Under the pieces are notes generated by a model. That model was given only the letters and a program-made list of their open reading frames with translations. It was not told where the DNA came from and ran no database searches. This document shows, piece after piece, positions 39,473 through 47,953 of a stretch of DNA of 52,149 nt. The number at the start of each line of letters is the position of its first letter. Position 1 is the first letter of the stretch. The DNA comes from Thermoplasmata archaeon (lineage in GTDB: Archaea > Thermoplasmatota > Thermoplasmata > Thermoplasmatales > Thermoplasmataceae): the NCBI GenBank assembly GCA_021799185.1, contig JAJZAW010000001.1, positions 1 through 52,149 of the forward strand. The letters run 5' to 3'. A program made the position numbers and the translations under genes.

Positions 39473-39895
39473 ATGACAGGACCAGCCTTAAAAAAAGCTG
39501 ACTCGCATCGTATGATACATTCAGCAGCCAGGGGAGAGATAGAGGAAGCAACCATGTTCCTGGAAAGATTTCATGAGAACAGTGAAGATGTGAACAATCT
39601 TGCCTTGCAGGCAGTTGTGGAGCTGTGGAAATCCAAGGTTATAGCACATGCGGAAGAAGAAGAAAACACCCTATACCGGGATATTGAAAAAATTGATATT
39701 AAATTTAATCCGGTAATTGAAAGGCTTTCAAGAGATCATGAGGTGCTGCGAAAACTCTGCGGCATGCTTGAATCCGAAATGTCGAAAAAGGATTACATGC
39801 ATGCACTGCAAATTGCCCATGCACTCATGCTTCTGAATGACATTCATTCAGGGGATGAAATATCATTGATAAGGGAAGTAGAGAATAACCTCTAA
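39473..39895 (+). CDS. Hemerythrin-like (HHE cation-binding) domain protein
   Basis: 140-aa helical protein with His/Glu spacing typical of hemerythrin-like domains (HAEEEENTLY, DHEVL, H..DE). Its ATG directly follows the TDT TAG. An internal Met start is possible. Confidence 0.65.
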   Translation: MTGPALKKADSHRMIHSAARGEIEEATMFLERFHENSEDVNNLALQAVVELWKSKVIAHAEEEENTLYRDIEKIDIKFNPVIERLSRDHEVLRKLCGMLESEMSKKDYMHALQIAHALMLLNDIHSGDEISLIREVENNL

Positions 39896-40026
39896 TCATG
39901 CACTGGCCACAGTATGTGGCAAAATGCAGCTTCATCTGCATTAACCCGTTGCAATGGGCCAGAAACCATTGGATTAATTGAAGGTGCGGTTATGGATGCC
40001 TGTATCTTTAGGGGTCAAATCCTAAT

Positions 40027-40680
40027 ATGCACCAGACTTATGTTTTTATGGACGCAGAAAGTTCAGTAAGAAAAACCATTGATGCAAGAGAGATAGAACC
40101 ACGAGTAAGGCACGAAGTTATCTTCGGCGAGTTTAAAAAATTGAATGAGGGCGAAATGCTTGACGTCATTGTGGATCATGAACCGGATCATCTTCTCATG
40201 CATATGGAACATGTGGGCCTTCCTGTGGATGCGGAAAGATATTCCGCGGAACAGCTGGAAAACGGGCTATGGGTCGGCCATTTCGTTAAATCAGCAAAAA
40301 AGGATGCTGCGGAGACCACGGTCGCCACGGACTATGAGCGAAGCCGGTCATATAACGAAAGCAGATTTTCTGCAGTACCTGTGTTTGCCAATGACAAATA
40401 TGGAGTTCTATTGACTTATTTAAAAGCTGGTCAGTTCATACCGGTGCATTCGCCGGGTGTGGATCTGGTATTCCAGGTTTTCAAGGGCGTTGGAACAGCC
40501 ACTGTGGGCGATAAAGAAGTAAAACTGAAGCCCGGGAGCCTCATAATAGTTCCGCGCGGGCAGAAAAGAGGCATAAAGGCAACCACAGATATGGAAGGCG
40601 TACACATTGTGGTTCCATTTCCAGCAGAAGGAGATCATGAAGAGGTTGAGAAAAAACTGGCATCGGGGAAATACGCGTGA
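40027..40680 (+). CDS. DUF2249 - cupin fusion protein
   Basis: The N-terminal roughly 95 aa fit the DUF2249 pattern (IDAREIEPRVRHEVIFGEFKKLNEGEMLDVIVDHEP..L). The C-terminal roughly 90 aa fit a cupin_2 barrel (GQFIPVHSPGVDLVFQVFKGVGTATVGD..GSLIIVPRG). Confidence 0.7.
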   Translation: MHQTYVFMDAESSVRKTIDAREIEPRVRHEVIFGEFKKLNEGEMLDVIVDHEPDHLLMHMEHVGLPVDAERYSAEQLENGLWVGHFVKSAKKDAAETTVATDYERSRSYNESRFSAVPVFANDKYGVLLTYLKAGQFIPVHSPGVDLVFQVFKGVGTATVGDKEVKLKPGSLIIVPRGQKRGIKATTDMEGVHIVVPFPAEGDHEEVEKKLASGKYA

Positions 40681-40721
40681 CCTGGCAGTGGAGCCTGCAT
40701 GATATTTTCCAATAACCAGGA

Positions 40722-41195
40722 TCATTTTTCAATTGTGCTATTTTTTCTTTTGTAGGTTCCAGGGATTGCGCCGAATGCCACGTTTAAGCGGTTCCAGGAA
40801 TTTATGGCCACCACGGCTGCGGTTAATGCCACGAGGCCCTCCTGGCCGAATTCCTCTGCCATTTCTCTGTAGAGTTCATCATCAACGCTGTGCTGTGATA
40901 TATTTGTGATGGTTTCACACCATTCCAGGGCTAGCTTCTCTCTGCGGCTGAACTGTGGGGCTTCCCTCCATGCACTGACAAGAAACAGCCTCTGGGCAGT
41001 TTCACCGTTTGCCAGAGCGTCCTTGGTATGCATATCTATGCACCAGCCACACCTGTTTATCTGCGACGCCCTTAGTTTTATAAGTTCCAATAGAGAATCC
41101 TCAAGCCCGGAAGAATGTACATAAGATTCCAGCCCCAGAAGTGATCTGTAAAGTTCAGGGGAGGTTTCGGCGTAATTTAATCTGGTAGCGTCCAT
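40722..41195 (-). CDS. Carboxymuconolactone decarboxylase / AhpD-like peroxidase family protein
   Basis: 157-aa product with the AhpD-type CxxC motif in context (RASQINRCGWCIDMHTKDA). Confidence 0.85.
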   Translation of the reverse strand: MDATRLNYAETSPELYRSLLGLESYVHSSGLEDSLLELIKLRASQINRCGWCIDMHTKDALANGETAQRLFLVSAWREAPQFSRREKLALEWCETITNISQHSVDDELYREMAEEFGQEGLVALTAAVVAINSWNRLNVAFGAIPGTYKRKNSTIEK

Positions 41196-41625
41196 AGTAA
41201 TGCATAAGGAGCATGTACTTAATCATTAAGTGAATGCGGAAATCAGTAAACTTGAAATATTATCTGAAGCCTTAGCTGAATGAATCTGCCATTTGATCAC
41301 CATTGATTCCGTGCTATCTGTTTTTAGTTTCACTCTCTCCATGGTTCTCGCGTGCCTTTCCATGAAGAGCAGGATGTGTATTCAGTCACATCACATACGA
41401 TCTTATTGCTTCCGCGTAAGCTTCACAAAAGCCAAGAAAAAGGCTGCCGGCAGTTACAAATATGAATCGAAATGGGCCAGGCTTTATGAATGTTGCACAA
41501 TATTTTATCTCTCATGCCCATATGATGGCAGAGCAGAAGGCATGCATAACCCCTAAATCATTAGGGATCAAGGTTATCACCGGAAGCAAATAACAGCGCA
41601 GTATAAGTTTGTGTGAGCAGGTGGT

Positions 41626-42054
41626 ATGGTGGATAAGGAATACATTTCCATAAACATGATCTATTTCGGGCAGGCTTTCATTTATCTTCTTGGGGGAACA
41701 GTGCTTTTCCTGTTGCGAGGTGCCATGGGAATTCCGGTGGCATCCGACAGCATCTCAATTATCTGGCTGTTTGGCTTCGTTGCTTCCATGATATTCGGGA
41801 TAACAAACATAATGGTTCCGTCGTATGCCAGGCGCACCCCATTTAAGGTAAGCGCAATAAAAGCAGAGATAGTGCTTCTGAACATTGCAATCATCTCTCT
41901 GGGCGTGGCCATGAATGTGCATGAACTGAGGATGCTTTTTGCACCTGCTGTTATAATACTGCTTCTGTCTATTCTAATCCACACATATGATCTGCTGACA
42001 GTCAGGCGGAGGCCAGTTTCGAGTATGGAAACGCAGAAAGCCAGCAACCCTTAA
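41626..42054 (+). CDS. Polytopic membrane protein (142 aa), possibly the 5' part of a disrupted larger gene
   Basis: It has four hydrophobic helices. The motif WLFGFVASMIFGITNIMVPSYARR weakly recalls the NnrS pattern (LFGF....GF....VPNWTGR). Confidence 0.5.
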   Translation: MVDKEYISINMIYFGQAFIYLLGGTVLFLLRGAMGIPVASDSISIIWLFGFVASMIFGITNIMVPSYARRTPFKVSAIKAEIVLLNIAIISLGVAMNVHELRMLFAPAVIILLLSILIHTYDLLTVRRRPVSSMETQKASNP

Positions 42055-42160
42055 GGCGGGTGAACATCTGGCTTCAACCTTTTCAAACAAACGCTCCAGG
42101 CTTGTCATATTATTTCTCCTGGCATCCATAACGTTTCTGGCGGTCGGTTTCTCCATTGGT

Positions 42161-43270
42161 ATGGCTAAGCTGGCAGAACAGCACGGGTTTCTGGAAAATA
42201 ACAGTCTTGGATCATATATTTCAGTTCATCCCGTTCTGATGGTGTTTGGAGTTATTGGGGGGCTTTTAATTGCGGAAAAAATCGAGATAATGAACAGATT
42301 CCTTATTTTCAGGCGAGTTCCGGTTTCATATCCCATACTGGTAACAATTCTTACCGGTATTGTATCGCTCTCCCTTGGATACGCTGTTGGGCTGGCAGTT
42401 TTGAGATATGCAGGAACAGGACTGATTGCGACAGCAGGCCTTCTGTTTATGTGGTTTATGGTTTCCAGGCGAAATCCAGGAAACGTCTGGGTCAAATTAA
42501 TTATGGGGTCTGCACTTGCGGCATTTTCCATTGGTTCAATTGCCGAATCCATGATATCTGCCACAAAATCCCCGGCAGTTGCATTGCTGCTGTTGTCATT
42601 CCCGATCATATATATCCTTGGCGAGCGCATCGAACTTGGACTCATGCGGAATATCAGCAAGAGCACAATGAAACTGCTTGTGTTTTCGTCAGCTGTTATC
42701 CCATTTATATTATTTGCCTCCAGCCTTTATGGCAGAACACTTGCAGGGCGCATTCTCTTTGACGCTTCCATTGTTTTTGTCCTCATCATGGTCATTACAT
42801 CCATAAAATTCGATCCGTCAACAAGGAAAATGAAAGTTTCCGGGAAGCTTCAGTCCTTTATGCAGTCGGGTATAATCTCATCATACATATGGCTTTTAAC
42901 CGGGATATTCCTTTACCTTATGCAGGTAAATGTGGAAAGGGGTTTTATGGACCCGGCAACTCACTCAATTGCCCTGGGATTTATAGGATTATTCATAATT
43001 GCACACAGCCCAATTATCTTTCCGCTAACCCTGAAATTGAAAGCAGACACCAGCCGTGTGACAAAATTTCCCATATACGCAATGAATATTGCCGTGTTTC
43101 TGCGTGTAGGCGGAGATCTGATATCAATGAAGTACGGAGTTGGGAATCTGATGGCCTATTCTTCCGTTTATATGCTGATAATAGCTATAGTCCTCTTCTT
43201 CTTCAATATATTAAGGATACGGCAGTCACCGGGAACTGAGTCAAAAGGGATGGCAAGAAATATTACGTGA
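42161..43270 (+). CDS. Polytopic membrane protein (369 aa, about 10 TM), weakly NnrS-like
   Basis: His-containing TM motifs VHPVLMVFGVIGG and THSIALGFIGLFIIAHS. The frame is open for 54 codons upstream of the ATG and encodes a further hydrophobic helix there, with no start codon. Confidence 0.6.
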   Translation: MAKLAEQHGFLENNSLGSYISVHPVLMVFGVIGGLLIAEKIEIMNRFLIFRRVPVSYPILVTILTGIVSLSLGYAVGLAVLRYAGTGLIATAGLLFMWFMVSRRNPGNVWVKLIMGSALAAFSIGSIAESMISATKSPAVALLLLSFPIIYILGERIELGLMRNISKSTMKLLVFSSAVIPFILFASSLYGRTLAGRILFDASIVFVLIMVITSIKFDPSTRKMKVSGKLQSFMQSGIISSYIWLLTGIFLYLMQVNVERGFMDPATHSIALGFIGLFIIAHSPIIFPLTLKLKADTSRVTKFPIYAMNIAVFLRVGGDLISMKYGVGNLMAYSSVYMLIIAIVLFFFNILRIRQSPGTESKGMARNIT

Positions 43271-43979
43271 ATTTCTTAAGATCAGTGTCCGGAATATGCT
43301 TGTAGATTTTAGATTTTATTGTGCGTTTTCATATTGTCATTGGGCAGCCATATGTTGATGATCATCCGGGTAAAACTCATCGTAGCCAGATGTGAAAAAA
43401 TCTGTAGGATATTGCCCATTTCTGTGAGATAAGAATATACTATGCAGCTAGTTGTTGCGGAACAGAAAGATCGCATGGTATCGATGCAATTTTTTATTCC
43501 AACAATTACACGAACGAAGAAATTTATTGGTCCGTTGACATCTGCATATGAAAACAATAGTGCCGTATGGTTTGAAACCGTGAAAAAACTGCACATCGTG
43601 CCAAAATGCATATTAAAAATCCGCTCAAGGTCGCTGAATGCAACGCTTATGAGAGACCACTGGGGCATACCCTTGAAACAAGGTACGTTAGCAGATCAAT
43701 TCAGAGAATGCTATAGCCTAAGGGCATAATGTGAAAAATTAAACTGTTGTAATCGGCATTTGGCTGTGTGCCAGGAGCATGGTGCATCTCGTCAGCACAT
43801 TAACATTCATTCCGAATCAAAAACGCATATTTCATTCGTGGAATCTCTTCCAGCCATTGTCCCTTATGAAAATCACAGCACAATGATCATTGTATACAGG
43901 TCATGGGGTGCCAATAAGTGGCATATCCTGGAGCAGGCGATCAGAATCTCATAACCTGAATGATTCCTTATGGAGAAAA

Positions 43980-44471
43980 TTACAGCTCATGATGATTCAT
44001 TTTTCCTGAATACCGAACTCCCTGCCCTGCATAAATAAGCAGGAGGATGGAAAATAATATGGCAAGTATGAATCCAGTGGACATCAGGTAAGAATTCAGG
44101 TTATGCTGGCCGGCAAAAAGGAAAAATAAGCCATTTACGCCGGCAAGCACTACAGAGAAGAAGAGGCCTGCTGCTGCCATAATATTCCTGCGAACTTTTG
44201 TCTCCATGGAAAGAATTATAATTCCTATTGAGAGAAGCCCTATAAGGATACCAAAGAACATATGTGCCATTACCAGTGGGAATCCGCTGTAAAGAGGCAT
44301 AAACCCCATCATAGAAAATCCTTGCATGGGCGGTATCACAACGTAAAGATTGACATACATCCCAAGCAAAAACTGTATAAACAGAAAAAACAGAATAGCG
44401 TATAGCATTGAAAGTAAGCCTTTCACCATTATTCTTTTCTCCGGCATCATTAATAAATATACAGCTTCCAT
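43980..44471 (-). CDS. Small integral membrane protein (4 TM)
   Basis: 163-aa ORF with a probable start at MVKGLLS. It is strongly hydrophobic with regular loop spacing and contains MAHMFFGILIG. Confidence 0.5.
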   Translation of the reverse strand: MEAVYLLMMPEKRIMVKGLLSMLYAILFFLFIQFLLGMYVNLYVVIPPMQGFSMMGFMPLYSGFPLVMAHMFFGILIGLLSIGIIILSMETKVRRNIMAAAGLFFSVVLAGVNGLFFLFAGQHNLNSYLMSTGFILAILFSILLLIYAGQGVRYSGKMNHHEL

Positions 44472-45099
44472 TCTATTAAGATTTCGAATCAGTCCAGATT
44501 TCTCATGCGTTAGGGATAAAAATGCACAAAAGGAGGGAATCTCTTGCCATGAATTTTACAAATTCCGGTGTGGATAGAAATAATTAAAGTCATGGATAAA
44601 GCGCTTTCATTTCACATATTACCTGTGTAATCTGGAACGTCCATGGTTTTTACAGTGTATGCTTCTCCTCATTTTTGAATCAATTGCGTTTTTTGATACC
44701 CTAGTGGTTGTGTCACAATGCATTACTTGTTGCTTAGCCATAAATTGATTTTTTCGAGTTTCCGCACAAAGGTCAATATCCTTATCTGGACGAAACATCA
44801 CGCTTTCCTGGAGGTTTACAATTTTCCTCCATTCAGCGCTTTGCATAGCTATCCCCTTAGCATCTTGAGCTTTTCTAAAAACCTTTTTTTTGTGTAAAAT
44901 TCTTACTTGATTGTTTTTCACTTACTCGGATAAATGCACCTTGTTCTATTATTTACGGGAATGTGAAAAAACGTTAATTGTGAAGTTATTAGAAATCCTC
45001 TCATCCTAAGAGCAATTGTCAGCTCATCAGAGGAATCTTGCACTTGACTCTATTCTATCGACTGAAACGAGATATATAGGGTCAAAGAAATGTGTATTG

Positions 45100-46138
45100 T
45101 CAGGTTACATTGAGATAGATGTTAGAAGTACTAGAGAGATCAAATTTGTCATTATATTGGGCATTCAAAAAGTACTGACCAGGGTCCATCTTAAAACCGG
45201 TTGCTATATTAGAGACTGAACTGTTGATGCTCCCATTTCCGCCAGTAACAAAAACATCCGCCAATTGATTTACATTCCAAACGAATATCGTGTAATTGAA
45301 ATGATTATTGTTGGAATACCCTCCAATTTCAGAATAATTATACATCAGTTGATTTGTTGAATAATTATAATATGCTTGGAGAGAGAATGTCGGAGGCACA
45401 TGCACCTGAACAAAAGTTGACCTGGACATGGTAATATTATCTTTTCCAATTTTCACAGAAATAGTATAATTTTCTGTCGATTTTTCATAATTATGGAAGA
45501 AATATTGGAATCCTGTGTTGTTGTAATTATTCGTTTCATTGTTGGGAAGATAGTATGTCATATTCTCATTATTATTTATGACTGTCCAATTGTAGTCGAA
45601 CATTGAGATATTCGCGGAAGGAGTCAAATTTACAATATTTCCCCAGGAGGAATATGCGCCTCCATCTATATTGTGATATTCGACATTCAGTTTGTAGTTT
45701 GGAAATGTTAGGATTGAAAGTGTGGTATTGACTTCTGCGGTGTTATTACTTATTTCCGCTCCGAATTCATGAATACCATACTTATCAAGTATGTCTCGGA
45801 AAAGCAAATTTTGATTCAATGTGTACGGATACACCAATTCAGTTTCCCCTGAAATGAATTCTCCAGTTAGCTGATATCTGCTACCATTGATAACTGCATA
45901 AATTTGCGCATAAGTCTGATACTTGGAAGTAGCAACCAAAGTTAAAAATGGGACAGATTGAGTGGTATTGTTCACGTAAATGTTAGATGTTACATTGAAC
46001 TTGTCAATTTGAAAGGACAATGGCTGTGAAATTTTTTTTTGAATATATGGAGAAATTCTGATGTGATCCGATTTCAAATCCTCCGATCCCTGCAGCAACA
46101 ACTAAAACTGCAACCAGAATGACAATGGTACCTTTCAC
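45100..46138 (-). pseudogene. Membrane-anchored, N-x-S/T-rich surface protein gene interrupted by a frameshift in an A9 tract
   Basis: The body ORF (45100..46101) has roughly twenty N-x-S/T sequons but no ATG and no signal. An upstream short ORF in another frame, starting at GTG 46138, encodes MKGTIVILVAVLVVAAGIGGF... The two frames meet at the homopolymer at 46032-46040, and a run of 8 instead of 9 would fuse them. Confidence 0.65.
46032..46040 (-). repeat. Homopolymer A9 (T9 on the plus strand) at the frameshift point
   Basis: Read directly from the sequence: a followed by nine t, then g, at 46031-46041. Confidence 0.95.
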
Positions 46139-46168
46139 AATACTAAGACGTTGCGGTTGTACTTAAAT

Positions 46169-47371
46169 TTATATATTTCTATATGATAATAAATATGATC
46201 TGCTGTAATTTCTAAAAGATCCTGTACAGCCCTCATCTGCCTCCATGCTCATATACCTTCTTCCAGTGATCCATTCCCCATTTATGTCCATCATTTTGGT
46301 AACAACAAGTCTCAGAAGAGGCTGTTCCGATGGAAATGTTCCAGTCTTCCTTGTCCCCCTCTTGAATCCAAGATTCAATCTTTCCAAGGCATTTGCTGTC
46401 CTCAGCCTTTTCAGGCATGATTCATTATACGCTTTATAACTGTAAAGAGAAGAATACCATCTTTCAAACATTTCAGATGCCTTGTCCAATCCCTCCTTGA
46501 CGATGACATCATGTGCCTCTGATACAAGAGATTAATTCTCAAGTGCCTGCTTCACGATCTGCATAACAGATGACTGTTTCTTCTTTGGAATCAATTTCAT
46601 GAGATACCGCATGAAATGGACATGGCAGAACTGCCATGCTGCACCCAAAAACGATCTGGATACGGATTCCTGTATGCCCTTATGGCCATCTGATATGACG
46701 ATCCCAACTCCATTCAAGCCCCTCTCCTTCAGATCATCAAAGAATGATTCCCATTTCTTCTCCATTTCGGAATCACAGAGTTTGCATGACAGAATTTTCC
46801 CCTTTCCCTCATTATCAATGCCAATGCACACATACAGCGCTTTGTTTCCATATCTTCCGTCTTCCCTTATCTTGAAGTATGTTGCATCTATGTAGATGAA
46901 TTTCATAACATGATCTATTATCATTCAAGGAATGGTTTCACATTTGCATCCAGATCAGATGCAAGTGCTGACACATATGATGCTGATACATTCTCAATGC
47001 CTAAGGATTGAACAGCACTCATGACATTCCTGGTTGAAACACCCTGCATCTATGATTCAAGAATAACTGAGTTGAGGGCCTTCTCTATTCTTGAATATCT
47101 CAAATACATGTGTGCTGAAAGGAAACTCTCTTATCTGTGGCTTCTTGAGTTCCAGTTTTCCGTCTGTTGTTTTCAGTGTTCTTGTTCTTGTTCCATTTCT
47201 GTATCCCTTCCTCTTTTCTGTTCTATCGTATGGGAGAGAAGAGATCTGTATTCTTGCCTCCTCTTCCATGACTGTGTTGAGAAACCATTACATCAGTCTA
47301 TTCTTTCCATCCTTGCTGTCCTGAAGAAAACTACTTATTATCTCTTTCATTACATCCAATTTGCCCTGCAT
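46169..47371 (-). pseudogene. IS256-family (mutator-type) transposase, multiply disrupted
   Basis: The pseudogene spans about 401 codons in total. The ATG is at 47371, followed by an in-frame TAA at 47288-47290. The fragment ..GYRNGTRTRTLKTTDGKLELKKPQIREF.. ends at 47057. The MQGVSTRNV..SASYVSALASDLD segment is in a shifted frame. The DDE core fragment (DATYFKIRE.., VISDGHKGIQESV.., GAAWQFCHVHFMRYL) spans 46532-46924. The C-terminal fragment (RTANALERLN..) is in yet another frame. Confidence 0.85.
46198..46229. repeat. IS left terminal inverted repeat
   Basis: ATCTGCTGTAATTTCTAAAAGATCCTGTACAG, compared with the reverse complement of 47395-47426. Confidence 0.75.
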
Positions 47372-47394
47372 CTTTTCACCTCTTCAAATCAGAA

Positions 47395-47426
47395 TTGTGC
47401 AGGACCTTTTCAATTTTACAGCAGAT
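47395..47426. repeat. IS right terminal inverted repeat
   Basis: Its reverse complement reads ATCTGCTGTAAAATTGAAAAGGTCCTGCACAA. Confidence 0.75.
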
Positions 47427-47469
47427 TTAATACACTATCACAGGATATTCTCAAACTGCAAATATAGAA

Positions 47470-47946
47470 TTGGAAGACGATTATTTTCAGAATTATCAAA
47501 ATCAAGAGGCTGCTTTAATGACCTTAGTTATGAGTATACTAACTGACGGTATGAATACCTTCGGAATACCGTTACCGAATCCGTTTGACCTAGTTTTACA
47601 CTCTAATTCAACCAATCAAGAACCAGATACGTACTCTGTTGTTCATAAAGCATGTTCGCATGTGTATGACTCGTATACTTGTGGAAGGTTTGGAACCGGA
47701 TGCTATCTTATGTACAATGTCTTAGGCACTAACTACGGATTCTTGGGGCTCAACTTTAAGCGCTCTTTTACTTTCGGGTTGTACTTCAGAATAACAAATT
47801 TGTATAACATTGGGGGCACAACTTATAGTCCTGCGTACAATTATTACGACTATTCAGTAACTTACGGCATAACGGATTCTTCGACAAACACTCAATTCTA
47901 TGAGGGAACAAATAATTTATACTTCAATATGGTTGAATCAACGTAG
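47470..47946 (+). CDS. Hypothetical N/Y/T-rich protein
   Basis: 158-aa ORF with a TTG start. Its reading frame opens exactly at the IS right end (stop at 47428-47430), so the 5' end may have been affected by the insertion. GGTGG precedes the downstream gene. Confidence 0.4.
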   Translation: MEDDYFQNYQNQEAALMTLVMSILTDGMNTFGIPLPNPFDLVLHSNSTNQEPDTYSVVHKACSHVYDSYTCGRFGTGCYLMYNVLGTNYGFLGLNFKRSFTFGLYFRITNLYNIGGTTYSPAYNYYDYSVTYGITDSSTNTQFYEGTNNLYFNMVEST

Positions 47947-47953
47947 GTGGAAC

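Larger units (their letters stand above)
46184..47440 (-). mobile_element. Decayed IS256-family insertion sequence
   Basis: Transposase fragments lie between imperfect terminal inverted repeats. The core repeats are 46198-46229 and 47395-47426, matching at 24 of 32 positions, with an identical ATCTGCTGTAA at both tips. No target-site duplication is recognisable. Confidence 0.8.

Noticed and set aside
39906-39941. Two tandem hairpins (GCCACA-gta-TGTGGC and ATGCAG-cttcat-CTGCAT) just after the last nar-operon gene, considered as intrinsic terminators.
   Set aside because: The stems are only 6 bp and are not followed by a T tract. Archaeal termination does not need hairpins. They may be vestigial or chance.
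43309-44921. ORFs 43309-43668 (-), 43442-43729 (+), 43760-43954 (+) and 44619-44921 (-) in the AT-rich island.
   Set aside because: They mutually overlap or are Lys/Asn-rich, as expected from AT-rich non-coding DNA. There are no motifs, and one contains a T8/A8 run. The neighbouring frames show short stop-interrupted fragments suggestive of decayed genes, not live ones.
46066-46090. A 9-nt match (TTCAAATCC) to the tRNA-Glu T-arm, considered as a possible distal att repeat.
   Set aside because: The match is short and the flanking bases differ. It lies inside the coding sequence of the signal-anchor region and is on the opposite strand to the tRNA.
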